A DNA stretch of 63,673 nucleotides, filler included, from Octopus bimaculoides (lineage: Eukaryota), in assembly GCF_001194135.2 (NCBI RefSeq). It is 4 parts of 3 records of this genome, joined end to end, with 100 filler letters (N's around TTAATTAATTAA, not from the genome) between each part and the next. Parts side by side here need not be neighbours in the genome. Positions count along the whole stretch, not along the records: positions 1 to 21,306 come from NC_068982.1; positions 21,407 to 31,535 come from NC_068993.1; 2 more parts are not named here. One strand, given 5' to 3'. Below, piece after piece: positions 11,558 to 24,849 of this stretch. The notes under the pieces are model-generated. The model was not told the DNA's origin and did no database searches. It was given only the letters and a program-made list of their open reading frames with translations. Within the stretch, counting starts at the first letter, position 1. Every line of letters begins with the position of its first letter. The position numbers and the translations under genes are program-made.

Positions 11558-13132
11558 GTGAATCCCTAAAACTCGAGAACTACGCAACCAATTTCATTCA
11601 AATTTTACACATGCCTTACTTAGGGTTCCAGTTGTGTTTTAGTCAAAAAAAGTTTTTTAACTTCTTGCAGAGTTCGAGCCCACGGCAACATAATATCTTC
11701 TCCACTATTTAAGTATTAAGTGTCAAAAGTGAAACAAAAACACTCATGTCAAATACTTTCACTTTAAAAATGAAACTATTCTACTAACTGAAACAATCAC
11801 ATTTCGATACNNNNNNNNNNNNNNNNNNNNNNNNNNNNNNNNNNNNNNNNNNNNNNNNNNNNNNNNNNNNNNNNNNNNNNNNNNNNNNNNNNNNNNNNNN
11901 NNNNNNNNNNNNNNNNNNNNNNNNNNNNNNNNNNNNNNNNNNNNNNNNNNNNNNNNNNNNNNNNNNNNNNNNNNNNNNNNNNNNNNNNNNNNNNNNNNNN
12001 NNNNNNNNNNNNNNNNNNNNNNNNNNNNNNNNNNNNNNNNNNNNNNNNNNNNNNNNNNNNNNNNNNNNNNNNNNNNNNNNNNNNNNNNNNNNNNNNNNNN
12101 NNNNNNNNNNNNNNNNNNNNNNNNNNNNNNNNNNNNNNNNNNNNNNNNNNNNNNNNNNNNNNNNNNNNNNNNNNNNNNNNNNNNNNNNNNNNNNNNNNNN
12201 NNNNNNNNNNNNNNNNNNNNNNNNNNNNNNNNNNNNNNNNNNNNNNNNNNNNNNNNNNNNNNNNNNNNNNNNNNNNNNNNNNNNNNNNNNNNNNNNNNNN
12301 NNNNNNNNNNNNNNNNNNNNNNNNNNNNNNNNNNNNNNNNNNNNNNNNNNNNNNNNNNNNNNNNNNNNNNNNNNNNNNNNNNNNNNNNNNNNNNNNNNNN
12401 NNNNNNNNNNNNNNNNNNNNNNNNNNNNNNNNNNNNNNNNNNNNNNNNNNNNNNNNNNNNNNNNNNNNNNNNNNNNNNNNNNNNNNNNNNNNNNNNNNNN
12501 NNNNNNNNNNNNNNNNNNNNNNNNNNNNNNNNNNNNNNNNNNNNNNNNNNNNNNNNNNNNNNNNNNNNNNNNNNNNNNNNNNNNNNNNNNNNNNNNNNNN
12601 NNNNNNNNNNNNNNNNNNNNNNNNNNNNNNNNNNNNNNNNNNNNNNNNNNNNNNNNNNNNNNNNNNNNNNNNNNNNNNNNNNNNNNNNNNNNNNNNNNNN
12701 NNNNNNNNNNNNNNNNNNNNNNNNNNNNNNNNNNNNNNNNNNNNNNNNNNNNNNNNNNNNNNNNNNNNNNNNNNNNNNTGATTTCTGCAATGTGGTGCAT
12801 AAATTGTCAAGTAAATGAGACGCATCTTTGCCTCCACTGATTCACTTGCAAAGTGTTGAGTACAATTATTTCGTTGCAGACCTCCTTTGGGTCTTTTTAT
12901 TATCACTGCGACACACATAGTCCCCAGTTGGTAACATTGATTTCAAGGCCCTCCTAGATGAGAGACTGGCATTCCACTTAATGTCTATGTTCCATGCTGG
13001 CATGGATTGGAGAGTTATTAATGTAGAAATATGGTATCGTAGCTACTAACAGTTGAGGGTTGCGTAGTCTAGACGGCGTTTTTAGATTTCATTATTCTCT
13101 TTAACCCGGGCAAAGCCGGGTATTTCTGCTAG
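11507..13132 (+). mobile_element. Non-autonomous Helitron spanning an N gap
   Basis: A|TCTATATATAAAAATG start followed by (TCTG)n; 3' hairpin ACCCGG-GCAAAG-CCGGGT at 13104-13121, then CTAG|T. Linking both ends across the gap is inferred. Confidence 0.75.
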
Positions 13133-14058
13133 TATATATATAAAGCCTAACCAAATTGGCTAATTCACCAAACCGTGAAATCCAAGCCACATACTGATTG
13201 GTCAAAATACAGTTCGTAAGATTCAGCTTGTTGGAGACCATCGGAGAATATTTAAAGGACAAATCTAGCCATTTCACTACAGTTGTCAATTGTGGAACAC
13301 GATTGTCACTACATAAACCTGATGATTGCGCAATATATGAAAGTACTAGTTTATTTAAATATTGTAAAATTGTAAATAATAAAAGTGATTTAGTTGGAAT
13401 TTCATTTACTGATATATATATATCTTCTTTATGTGTGTATTAAGACTACCATTAGATCCCTGTTAAAAAAATATCTTAATATCTTAACAATTTTTCAAGC
13501 CGGTCATATAGATAACAACCTAAATATTAAGGATGAAACCTTCTCTCCCTGCATACACAATCAATATTTTACACTTAGAGAAACCACCACCCGCGCCGCC
13601 TATCCAACCAGGATAGTTTCTTTCCCTGAACATGAAATTTGAATATATACGACACACGAACTCCACACATAGACGAAAAACACCCCCATGACGAACTACC
13701 TCGGCACACAAACGTACAAGCATCACATATACCTAGAGTATAATATAACATAACATATCACAAACAAATTTATCGCGAAACATGACTGTTTTCCCAAAAA
13801 GTCAAATCCAAAGGAGGTAATCACTCAAAGGGTATCATCCAAGATTAACGCCCCTCAATATATTGTTTTGTTTACGATACTGTGCTTTCATCGAAAATGG
13901 AGACGAATATCATTCCTGCATGTGATCGGCTTGAAAAATTGTTATTAAGATATTTTTCTGAACATGAAACCAACGGTAGCCTTAATGCACAAATAAAGAA
14001 ATTCAATCCACCAATCTGGCGTTCAGCACTCATTCTCGTCGTTTGACATTTACTTATG

Positions 14059-14109
<51 letters not shown>

Positions 14110-14174
14110 TTACTTATGTATACATACATACATTCTCCCATGGCAAGATTTAATTTGTGTATACAAATTTAATT

Positions 14175-14395
14175 TGCGGTTCATGGGAAGAGCCGTTTTA
14201 ACGATGCGTCCTGCCCATCTCTTCGAAACACCGGTGTTAAAACGGGGGTAGCTGATGAAGTAGAATGTTCTCTATGTGGCTTGTGTGTTTTCTCGTCTAC
14301 GTTTTGTTTGCAATGTCCTGTACCCAGATATGCACCTATACATACAGGTGGATGTCGGTATGCACATACCTGTACGTATATATGCATATACTCAT
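14175..14395 (+). mobile_element. Unclassified dispersed repeat E, copy 1
   Basis: CGAAACACCGGTGTT..GCTGATGAAG..TCTATGTGGCTTG..GTACCCAG is shared with 26950-27121 (minus). Confidence 0.7.
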
Positions 14396-14489
14396 TTACT
14401 ATTTGTTTTTACATGACTGAACGAATATCTCCAATTTGTAAGTAGTTTTCGTAACTTCATATTTTCCGACACTACTCTATCTCTTTCTC

Positions 14490-14620
14490 TTCCTCTATCA
14501 TTTTCCCCCCTCTCGTTCTTCCTCTTTACTACTACGTATCTCGCTTTACCCATCTCGTTCTTCCTCTGTTACTACTACGTATCTCTTTTCCCCCCTCGTA
14601 CTTCCTCTCTTTCTCTTTTC
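14490..14620. repeat. Short tandem repeat, ~42-bp unit
   Basis: CTCGTTCTTCCTCT(T/G)TTACTACTACGTATCTC occurs twice, plus a decayed third copy. Confidence 0.75.
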
Positions 14621-15084
14621 CTCTCGTTGCTCACGTATTCTTCTACTTCCTCCCTTTGTTTCTCCCTCTACCACTCTCTCTCTTCCCCTTACACCGGCAT
14701 GGTCACATGCTTCCGGTCAATAATCCTTTTCTTCCTTGGCTATCNNNNNNNNNNNNNNNNNNNNNNNNNNNNNNNNNNNNNNNNNNNNNNNNNNNNNNNN
14801 NNNNNNNNNNNNNNNNNNNNNNNNNNNNNNNNNNNNNNNNNNNNNNNNNNNNNNNNNNNNNNNNNNNNNNNNNNNNNNNNNNNNNNNNNNNNNNNNNNNN
14901 NNNNNNNNNNNNNNNNNNNNNNNNNNNNNNNNNNNNNNNNNNNNNNNNNNNNNNNNNNNNNNNNNNNNNNNNNNNNNNNNNNNNNNNNNNNNNNNNNNNN
15001 NNNNNNNNNNNNNNNNNCATGCTTACTTGTATCTTTTTATGCCACCTCTCTCTGTCTCTCTCTCTCTCTATATATATTTCAATT

Positions 15085-15268
15085 GCTAGACTGCCACCAC
15101 GTTGGGGCACCACCTTGAATTTTCCTTTGGACGAACCGATTCCAGTGCTTACTACGTTAAACCCGGTACTTTATTCTCTGTCTCGTTTTTGTCGAACTGC
15201 TAAGTTACTGAGGCATAAACACACCAACACCAATTGTCGAGCGGTTGTAACAGTTTGCGCGCGCGCGC

Positions 15269-15324
<56 letters not shown>

Positions 15325-15490
15325 ATACACGCACACGACGGATTTCGTTCAGTTGCCGTCAAAAAAATCCACTCACAAGTCTTTAGCCGACTCGAGGTTA
15401 TACTAAAAGACACTTCTCCACGGTGCTTCACTGCGAGACTGAATTAAGGACCATGTGGTTGGGAAGCAAGCTTCTTTCCACACACTCATA
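15085..15490 (-). mobile_element. SINE family A, degenerate
   Basis: Reverse complement of the head, core, internal (CA)n and tail. Confidence 0.85.
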
Positions 15491-15624
15491 CCAGTGCCAT
15501 ACAGTATAACATATGTATTACACGGTATATTATAGCATATATAATCTTATATATGATATATGATATATAATTTAATAAACAAGAATTGTGTATTTTGTCA
15601 AATACTACATCAACCTGTAGAAAA

Positions 15625-15960
15625 CGCGCATGGCTCAGTGGTTAGAGCATCGGGCTCACATTCATGAGGTAGCGAGTTCGATTCCTGGACAGGGCTGTGT
15701 GTTGTGTTCTTGACCAAGACACTTTTATTTCCTGTTGCTCCAGTTCACTTAGCTGTAGAAATGAGTTGTGACGTCACTGGTGCCACACTTTATCGGCCTC
15801 TTTGCCTTTCCTTTGGATAATATTGGTGGCGTTGAGAGGGAAGGGTGGTATGCATGGGGCGATTACTAGTCTTCCATAAACAACCTTGCCCAGACTTGTG
15901 CCTGGGAGGGTAACTGTCTAGGTGCAATCCCATGGTCATTCATGACCGAAGGGGGTCCTC
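15625..15960 (+). mobile_element. SINE family B, tRNA-derived
   Basis: A box TGGCTCAGTGG, B box GAGTTCGATTCC, then GTGTTGTGTTCTTGACCAAGACACTT body. Confidence 0.85.
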
Positions 15961-15997
15961 TTCCCACTCACATCAAACTGTAAAAGTCAAGACAAAC

Positions 15998-16340
15998 TTA
16001 CTCTTTTACTTTTTTCAGTTATTTCACCGTGGCCATGCTGGATCACCGCCTTTAGTTGAGCAAATCGCCCCCAGGACTTATTATTTGTAAGCCTAGTACT
16101 TATACTACCTGTCTCTTTTGCTGAACCACTAAGTTACGGTTAGGGTATATATGTGTATATATATATATATATATATACACATATATACGACGGGCTTCTT
16201 TCAGTTTGCGTCTACCAAATCCACTCACAAGGCCTTGGTCGGCCCGAGGCTATAGTAGAAGACACTTGCCCAAGGTACCACGCAGTGGGACTGAACCTGG
16301 AACCATGTGGTTCGTAAGCAAGCTTCTTACCACACAGCCG
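15998..16340 (-). mobile_element. SINE family A, internally deleted
   Basis: CTCTTTTACT tail complement through CTTACCACACAGCC head complement. Confidence 0.9.
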
Positions 16341-17489
16341 GACACATACTTTTAGTTTCCTTTTCTGATTTATAAAGAACGGTTAAAGTGGATTTGAACA
16401 CGAGATCATTGAACTGAATTTCTGATTCAGCCGTTTTTCGCTTTTCAATTATTGAATTAATAATTCTAAAAAGTAAATAATATTGTAAAAGCAATAACAG
16501 CAACAGATTCCATCATCCGAAGAATTTTAGAAAAAATAAAATCGCAAAAATATCATCTTTTCAATAAATAAAACCAAACCCGAAAGGCAAACATAAAACA
16601 ATGAATTCCCATGAAAATTTTGGAAGAAATTCAAATTTTATGAACTATGAAATAAGGTGAAGATAACTAAACGGGGAACGTTTTTTTGTGAAAACGATTA
16701 ATTCTTTCGAGATTTCCAAATGCAATAATAGCGTTGAATTTGCATATACATATTTTGATAAATGACGGGAAATACGGAAAAAAAGAATCGTTGTTTAGAT
16801 AACATTTAGAAACTAAAGTAAACGAGGATTGAAATTTTTGAATTGAATTGGAGAGAAAAGCAAAATGAAAACAATAAGATAAATGCTAATTCATATTATG
16901 CTAATTTATATCTCTATATATGGTACACCTCTGTCACACACACACACGTACGCACACACACGTAAGCACACACACGTAAGCACACACACGTACGCACACG
17001 CAGGAGATTAAGCGTAAAGTTTAAATGCAGGCCATACATGCTTATATAAAAGTATAGAGCAGACGGATGAATTCTGATGGAGGCTGTTTTTGTTGTTACT
17101 TTTTTGAAAGGCAGTAATAAATTATAAAATGCACTCTGGCCTTATATTGCTGAGGGAAAGTACTCCACTTAGTGGGGGTACAATTTATTTTTCTTATTAA
17201 TACTGATATAATTTCCTCTTAATGTTGTCAATGTGGTTTGAGTGTATAGTGACACTTGGTTGCACAGCCGTCAGAATGCCCACTAAAGAGATATGACTGT
17301 CTCTTATTATTCTCTTTGTAGAAAACAGGAAAATAACAGCGATTGTTTGTCCATGTTTCTGCGTATGACAAGAGAAATATGATGCATTCTCATTTGTTTA
17401 AATTCCACATTGAAACGCTTAAAAATTATAGTGTAACATCATTAAATTTATCTTAAGTTTTCAAATGCAGTATATATTTTGCATAAATA

Positions 17490-17896
17490 GGCGCAGGAGT
17501 GGCTGTGTGGTAAGTAGCTTGCCTACCAACCACATGGTTCCGGGTTCAGTCTCACTGCGTGGCACCTTGGGCAAGTGTCTTCTACTATAGCCTCGGGCCG
17601 ACCAAAGCCTTGTGAGTGGATTTGGTAGACGGAAACTGAAAGAAGCCCGTCGTATACATGTATATATGTATATTTGTATGTGTGTGTATATGTTCATGTG
17701 TCTGTGTTTGTCCCCTCAACATCGCTTGACAACCGATGCTGGTGTGTTTACGTCCCCGTAACTTAGCGGTTCTGCAAAAAAGACCGATAGAATAAGTACT
17801 AGGTTTACAAAGAATAAGTCCTGGGGTCGATTTGCTCGACTAAAGGTGGTGCTCCAGCATGGCCACAGTCAAATGACTGAAACAGGTAAAAGAGTA
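17490..17896 (+). mobile_element. SINE family A, full-length reference copy
   Basis: GGCGCAGGAGTGGCTGTGTGGTAAG head, GCACCTTGGGCAAGTG core (CORE-SINE-like from memory), internal microsatellite, GTAAAAGAGTA tail. Confidence 0.95.
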
Positions 17897-18314
17897 TATC
17901 CATAAATTACTCTATCACCCTGCCAATAGTCCCTTGAAGTTGTGTGTGTTTGATTTAACTATTTACTGTAAGTTATCTTCGTAGACTGAATTTTATAGAG
18001 GTATTTGACTCCTAATAAATGCCAAAGAAACAAGCTGAGGCATATGAGGACAATCTCGTATTATCCTGTATTCAAAGGCAATGAAAAGGTGTACTTACAT
18101 CTGTTCAAAGTTCCGCAATAAAAGACTTAAAAACTGCAGTTAATCTGCACTAAATTTATTTTTGATTTTCAAATATACACTGTTGTGCCGACATACATGC
18201 ATGCATGCATACACACATGCATTAATGCATACATGCACACATACATGCATACATACATATTCACACCCATACACATCCATCCATCCATCCATCCATCGAA
18301 GCACACATACTTAA

Positions 18315-18612
18315 CAGCTGCTTCTTCGTTCCTGAGTACTTATTTTTTAAGCCTGGTACTCATTCTATCGGTCTATTTTTGCCGAACCCCGAAGTTACTG
18401 GGGCAGAAACATGCCAACACCAGTTGTCAAGCGGTGATGCGGAACAAACACACACACACATACACACACAGACATACACGACAGGCTTCTTTCAGTTTCC
18501 GTCTAGCAAATCCACACGCAAGGCGTTGGTAGCACCGAGGCTATAGTAGAAGACACATACCTGAGGTGCCACGCAGTAGGACTGAACCCGGAAGCTTGTG
18601 ATTGGGAAGCAA
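18315..18612 (-). mobile_element. SINE family A, degenerate
   Basis: Reverse complement match to the 17490 copy. Confidence 0.88.
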
Positions 18613-18880
18613 TTAATTCCCCAGGTAGAAATTTTGACACTCTACAAAACTCGTATGAGTATCACTATGGAAAAGTGTTCTCGCATTGGGGAATATGCTG
18701 TAAAATATTATAGGGATTCTCCATTTGAATTTTTTGGACTGAAGAGATATACTTAATCTCATGTACATATGGTATATACACACCCCGCATACAGAAACAG
18801 TAATGATGCTCCAGCACAAACAGTAATGACACACACAATCATATATAATAAGGAGACACACACACACACACACACACACA

Positions 18881-18927
<47 letters not shown>

Positions 18928-20333
18928 CATAAATGCAAGTTTGTTCACATATTCGCACATACGCACACATTTCACACACATGTGTTCACACATCAACCGA
19001 TTCAGATATCCACAAATCCCAGCAGATGTTTTGACTTAAAGAAAAGAACCCTGTCAGTTTGTGGGTTTCGTTTGCTTTTAATTCCTAACATCAGTCTATC
19101 GGAAGTCAAAATTCCTCCCCACCCAACTTGTCCTTACATGAGCCACAATATTAAAATCATGCTTTTGATGTAATACTGCATGGAGTTCGAATAGCGGAAC
19201 TTTCCTTTAAACAACTGTTGACAGGAGGTCACAACATTTCGTCACTTACCGATATTACCCTCTAATTATCTGTGTTGTGAATCAATGATTCTACTAAGGA
19301 TGGTCTATTTCTTTACATAGGTTTTCGTTCTCTCATTCATGCAGCCATCAGTATGAATTTCGTATTCAGATCAATTTACTTCAACATGCCATTTTAAGGA
19401 AGGGCAAAAAAACGTTGCTGATAGTTTCAACTAACAAAATATCAATCGAATCAAGCACCTAGTTTATTACTGGTATTATTTTAACCACAGAATAATGCTC
19501 TGTATTTTGGAGTCATAAAAGGCGCATGGGCATATAAGACGGACTCCAATTTCAGCAGCGCAAAGTCAGAAATATTATTATTTTTTTTGGTGCATTAAAT
19601 CTTAAAGGAAGCTCAATTTCCCATATAGACATATATAGAAGCCAGAGTTATTTCTTTAAAGGCTTTTTTTGAAAATGTGCGACATGTACGAATGTAGTGA
19701 ATACGTCAACGCCAGGATTTAGCTCCTGAATCATTCGGGAGTGCAACACAGTTTCACATTTGTGTTGTCACTTCTTTTCTCCATACTCCCCGCTAAATCA
19801 TTTGTGAGAGAAAAGAAAACAAACACATTTTTTTTTCTTATTATTTCTCCTTCTTTTAAAATACAGAACCTTTGTGTAGCCTAGTAAAAAAAAAATCAAA
19901 AGAATTCCACATCAAACATCGTATACCATTATTATATTATAACACATAAATCATTAGGAGATAACAAAAAGAAATAAAATATATAATAAACATAAAAATA
20001 GAAAGAAAAGCACTAAGAGAAAAGAAATTTCAAGTTCTTATCATATACCCACATTCATAAACAATAGAGAAAAAAATGGCTAAAAAAGAAAAGAGAATAT
20101 CAGTTAAGAATTATTCTTATCGTATGCGTTTGTTCATCAGAGAATTCTAATTCTTTTAAAACGCATTGATAAAGCAATACATTTGTTTTCAAAACAGAAT
20201 AATAATGCATATCATTGCGTCACAACTTTTCTCTCTTTCCTGTTTGTTTTGCTTTGGATTTCGTTTTCTACACTAATTCCGCATTCTCTTGTAAATATTT
20301 TTGTTGTATTTCCATCTGTCTTAAAATATATTC

Positions 20334-20365
<32 letters not shown>

Positions 20366-20871
20366 GCATATATATATATGAGAATATACATACATATATA
20401 TATATGTATATATATATATATATNNNNNNNNNNNNNNNNNNNNNNNNNNNNNNNNNNNNNNNNNNNNNNNNNNNNNNNNNNNNNNNNNNNNNNNNNNNNN
20501 NNNNNNNNNNNNNNNNNNNNNNNNNNNNNNNNNNNNNNNNNNNNNNNNNNNNNNNNNNNNNNNNNNNNNNNNNNNNNNNNNNNNNNNNNNNNNNNNNNNN
20601 NNNNNNNNNNNNNNNNNNNNNNNNNNNNNNNNNNNNNNNNNNNNNNNNNNNNNNNNNNNNNNNNNNNNNNNNNNNNNNNNNNNNNNNNNNNNNNNNNNNN
20701 NNNNNNNNNNNNNNNNNNNNNNNNNNNNNNNNNNNNNNNNNNNNNNNNNNNNNNNNNNNNNNNNNNNNNNNNNNNNNNNNNNNNNNNNNNNNNNNNNNNN
20801 NNNNNNNNNNNNNNNNNNNNNNNNNNNNNNNNNNNNNNNNNNNNNNNNNNNNNNNNNNNNNNNNNNNNNNN

Positions 20872-20959
<88 letters not shown>

Positions 20960-20962
20960 TTC
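20872..20962. repeat. (TTTC)n microsatellite
   Basis: Pure tract at a gap edge. Confidence 0.97.
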
Positions 20963-22179
20963 ACTAGATATTTACTTTTGATTTGTTGACGTTTGGTGCT
21001 ATTTAAGCTTCTCTCAAAATTCGATTTCAAAATTTTTCTATTTCAGTATACTCGAAAGTTCTCAGCCTTATTGCCTATATACTACTATGCATTCTCATAA
21101 ATATATATATATATACATACATGCACAAACACACACACTACACATACACACACACACGCGCACACACGCACGCACACACATTACATACACATACATACGT
21201 AGTCAAACATTTAAATTAACACACACGTACAGAATTATTGATGTGCGCGCACAACCATACACGCGCGCACACACATACATATATACATCTATGCTATATA
21301 TATATANNNNNNNNNNNNNNNNNNNNNNNNNNNNNNNNNNNNNNNNNNNNTTAATTAATTAANNNNNNNNNNNNNNNNNNNNNNNNNNNNNNNNNNNNNN
21401 NNNNNNTTTTTTTTTTTTTTTTTTTTACCTTTTTCGGCCTCTGTGTGTCTGCGTAGCGTGTTCGTTTTGTTGAAAGCCATTGTTTAGGCTTTCTAACGTT
21501 CTTTGGTATTGATGGCAAGAAGAGCGATGGTGCAGTCAGTAGGAGCCATATTTTATGCTTCTTGTTTTGGAGCCAGGAGCCAGATGATTCCAAATGATTG
21601 ATGTAGACTTGCAGAAATTATACAGCAGCGTTTGGAGAATGTTGGAAGGAAATTAACGTAATGACATCTGCATATGTGACTGCATGTCTGCTTTGTGCAT
21701 TTGTGAAGAAGGTCGTGTCGGTATGGGTTAAAAAGGAGTGGATGAGAGGCGGCTCCTTGCGGTACGTTATTCAGGAAATTGCAAATTCTAGATCTGTTGT
21801 TTTTGTGTTCTATATAAGCTTGGCGACCTGAGAGATAGTTTGCTTGGCAGCATTTCTGTGTTGTTTCTTAAGGAGGTGTTTGAATATTTTGTGTATAAGT
21901 TGCGGATATCACATGCAGGAACTTGTGATATAAAAATAACACTCACACAGCGATATTTCTCTCTACCTCACACACACACACTCTCTCTCTTTTCTCTCTC
22001 TCTCACACGCACACGCACACACACACACACACACACGTAGTTCCTGCTGTGTGTAATTATACAGGTGATATATAAATGTGTGTGTGCGTGCACGTATGAA
22101 TGTACACATATGTAAGTAAACACATACATATATATATATGCATATATATATGTATATATATTATATGAATGATGTATAC

Positions 22180-22244
<65 letters not shown>

Positions 22245-22669
22245 ATGTATAGAGGCATACGCACACACACTCGCCGATATAGACTTCTATAGATATCCAT
22301 GTGCACACAAATAAACATATACAATTCCAAAGTGTATGCGTATGTACGTGTGTGTGTGTGTATGTCTGTATGTGTCAGTGCGTGTGTGTGTGTGTTCATG
22401 TGTGTAGATGCGGGTGTGCGAGTTACTATGTGTGTAAACGCGCAAGAGAGCGAGCGTAGTTACATGTGTGTACCCAGCTGAGGGTATTCGTATACGGGTA
22501 AGAGTTCTTGTTTNNNNNNNNNNACACACACACACACACACATAAGCACTTGCATACATACAAACATACGCACACATGCATAGACGCACGCACAGATATG
22601 TGCATATACATACACACACACACAGACGGACAAACACATAGAACATGTATTTGTATGTTNNNNNNNNNN

Positions 22670-22702
<33 letters not shown>

Positions 22703-22804
22703 GTGGTATGTGTTAAAGCTTTACTTTGTTCCTGACTTCAGAGAATACTGTGACAAGATAACCTTTGGCCCAGATGTTGTTCCAAGAAATCAGAAACTGA
22801 CCGG

Positions 22805-22875
22805 ATATTAGAGAGAGAAAGAGAGAGAAAGAGAGAGAAAGAGAGAGAAAGCGAGAGAAAGAGAGAGAAAGAGAC
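22805..22875. repeat. (GAGAGAGAAA)n 10-bp tandem repeat
   Basis: About six units visible. Confidence 0.85.
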
Positions 22876-23244
22876 GGTTAGAAACGGGTAAGCGAGAGAG
22901 AAGCGGATAGAATAAGAGGCAACACTGCGAGAGACCAAGCAGAAAAGGAAGGGTAGAAACGGGCATCTTTATTTAAGGACTATATCCGTCTCTTTCATTT
23001 GGAGTTGTTTCTAGACTATAAGACCACACACACACACACACACACATAAGCACTTGCATACATACAAACATACGCACACATGCATAGACGCACGCACAGA
23101 TATGTGCATATACATACACACACACACAGACGGACAAACACATAGAACATGTATTTGTATGTTCATGTCTATCTCACTCTTTTTCATATATACATACCCA
23201 CTCATGTTTATGTATACAAACACACACACACACACACACACACA

Positions 23245-23283
<39 letters not shown>

Positions 23284-23327
23284 TCACACACTTTCACATA
23301 CAGAGACACATACACAGATACACACTC

Positions 23328-23366
<39 letters not shown>

Positions 23367-23941
23367 TACAGACATACATATATGTTTGTGTGTGTATATG
23401 TATGTATAATCGTGTGTGCGTTTGCATATAAATTTGTGTGTACGCAGTATATATGCATATTGTAAATACATGCATGCATGAATGTATGTATGTATGTATC
23501 TACTTATGCACGCGTGTATATACATATAAATGTTGATCGGGTGAACAGGTCATATATTCAGAATTTAGCGAGAAGATATAATATTTGTAATAAGATGGCG
23601 GCGAAGAAGTGCGGAGACAACAGAACAGTGTATCGATAGCAATGGTGGGGGGGGAGGGGTATTGCGTTTCCCCTCTCACTTGGTCCAGAGTTCAATTATG
23701 ACCTGAACCGATTTCACATTGCAGTCGTCGAGGAAACGGACCAATAGGAAAGCCTTAATGCAGCATCTCTACCTTCTTGAAATAGCAGTTAGGTCTTACT
23801 CAAATCACACGTTTGATCCTGAAGAAATGAATGATCTATTAGGACAATGTGGTTCTGGGTAAAGAAAAAAACTGGGTTCACATCTTGAAAGCGTTTGGTC
23901 GAGGCCCTTCTAATAAAGGGAGAGGAAGGGGTTAAACAAAG

Positions 23942-23980
<39 letters not shown>

Positions 23981-24439
23981 ATTATTATTATTATTACTAT
24001 TATTATTATAAAAATACTTATAAATAGCTTTGTAAAACTGTTATATACACGGGCACCCATGCATAAACCATCCATGTACATGATTTCTCTCGGGCGCGGT
24101 TTTCTCCTGAATATATTTATTTAATCGGAAAAAAAACTTATTAAATATCACAAGTGGAATTTCATAGATTCACCGTATCTCAGAATGTAATATATGTATG
24201 TATATGTAGGTTTGAGTCTATTATCTTTGTTTTTGTGGCAGCGTACTTGTGGATGATATGTTCAATGAAAACTTCTAATAAAGATCCGTAACTTTGCGAA
24301 CCTCTGGCTTAAGATCTAATTTTTTTTTTTTTTACTCCAAATGAATGCTTGATTGATAAGATGTAATTTATTTGAGAAACAATCGCATTTCGCTCTCCTC
24401 GACAGTTCCTCCTCTTCTAAATTCCTGGACTTCCTTTGT

Positions 24440-24620
24440 ATGTAGTGAACTGGTAGAATCGTTAGCTTGTCGGGGAAAAAAAGAGCTTAGCGGCATTTCG
24501 TCCGACTTTACGTTCTGAGTTCAAATACAGTTGAGGTTGACTTTGGCAGTCATTCTTTCGAGGTCGATTAAATAAGAATCAGTCTATCACTAAGGTGATG
24601 CAATCCATCAATCTCTTTCC
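24440..24620 (+). mobile_element. SINE family D, degenerate
   Basis: TGAACTGGTAGAATCGTTAGC..GTTCTGAGTTCAAAT..TCATTCTTTCGAGGTCGATTAAAT. Confidence 0.8.
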
Positions 24621-24721
24621 CCCAAAGAGGGTACAGTAGCAATACATAGTCAATATAAGGTGTTGATGTGGCTGCGAGTTCATATAGAGATGAAAGAATA
24701 AATTCAAGAACTATATATTTA

Positions 24722-24842
24722 CCGATAGACCGATAGAATAAGTACTAGGCTTACAAAGAATAAGTCCGGGGGCCGATTTGTTCGACTAAAGGTGGTGCTC
24801 TAGCATGGCCGCAGTCAAATGACTGAAACAAGTAAAAGAATA
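24722..24842 (+). mobile_element. SINE family A 3' tail only (5'-truncated)
   Basis: GACCGATAGAATAAGTACTAGGCTTACAAAG..GAAACAAGTAAAAG. Confidence 0.9.
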
Positions 24843-24849
24843 AATGAAT

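Noticed and set aside
21351-21362. TTAATTAATTAA island inside N runs, also at ~31580 and 56529
   Set aside because: Identical six-frame-stop palindrome within gaps; an assembly linker, not biology.
21430-21920. Possible RT remnant on the minus strand (CDIRNLYT, MAPT)
   Set aside because: Two short motifs in different frames with doubtful spacing; needs an HMM search.
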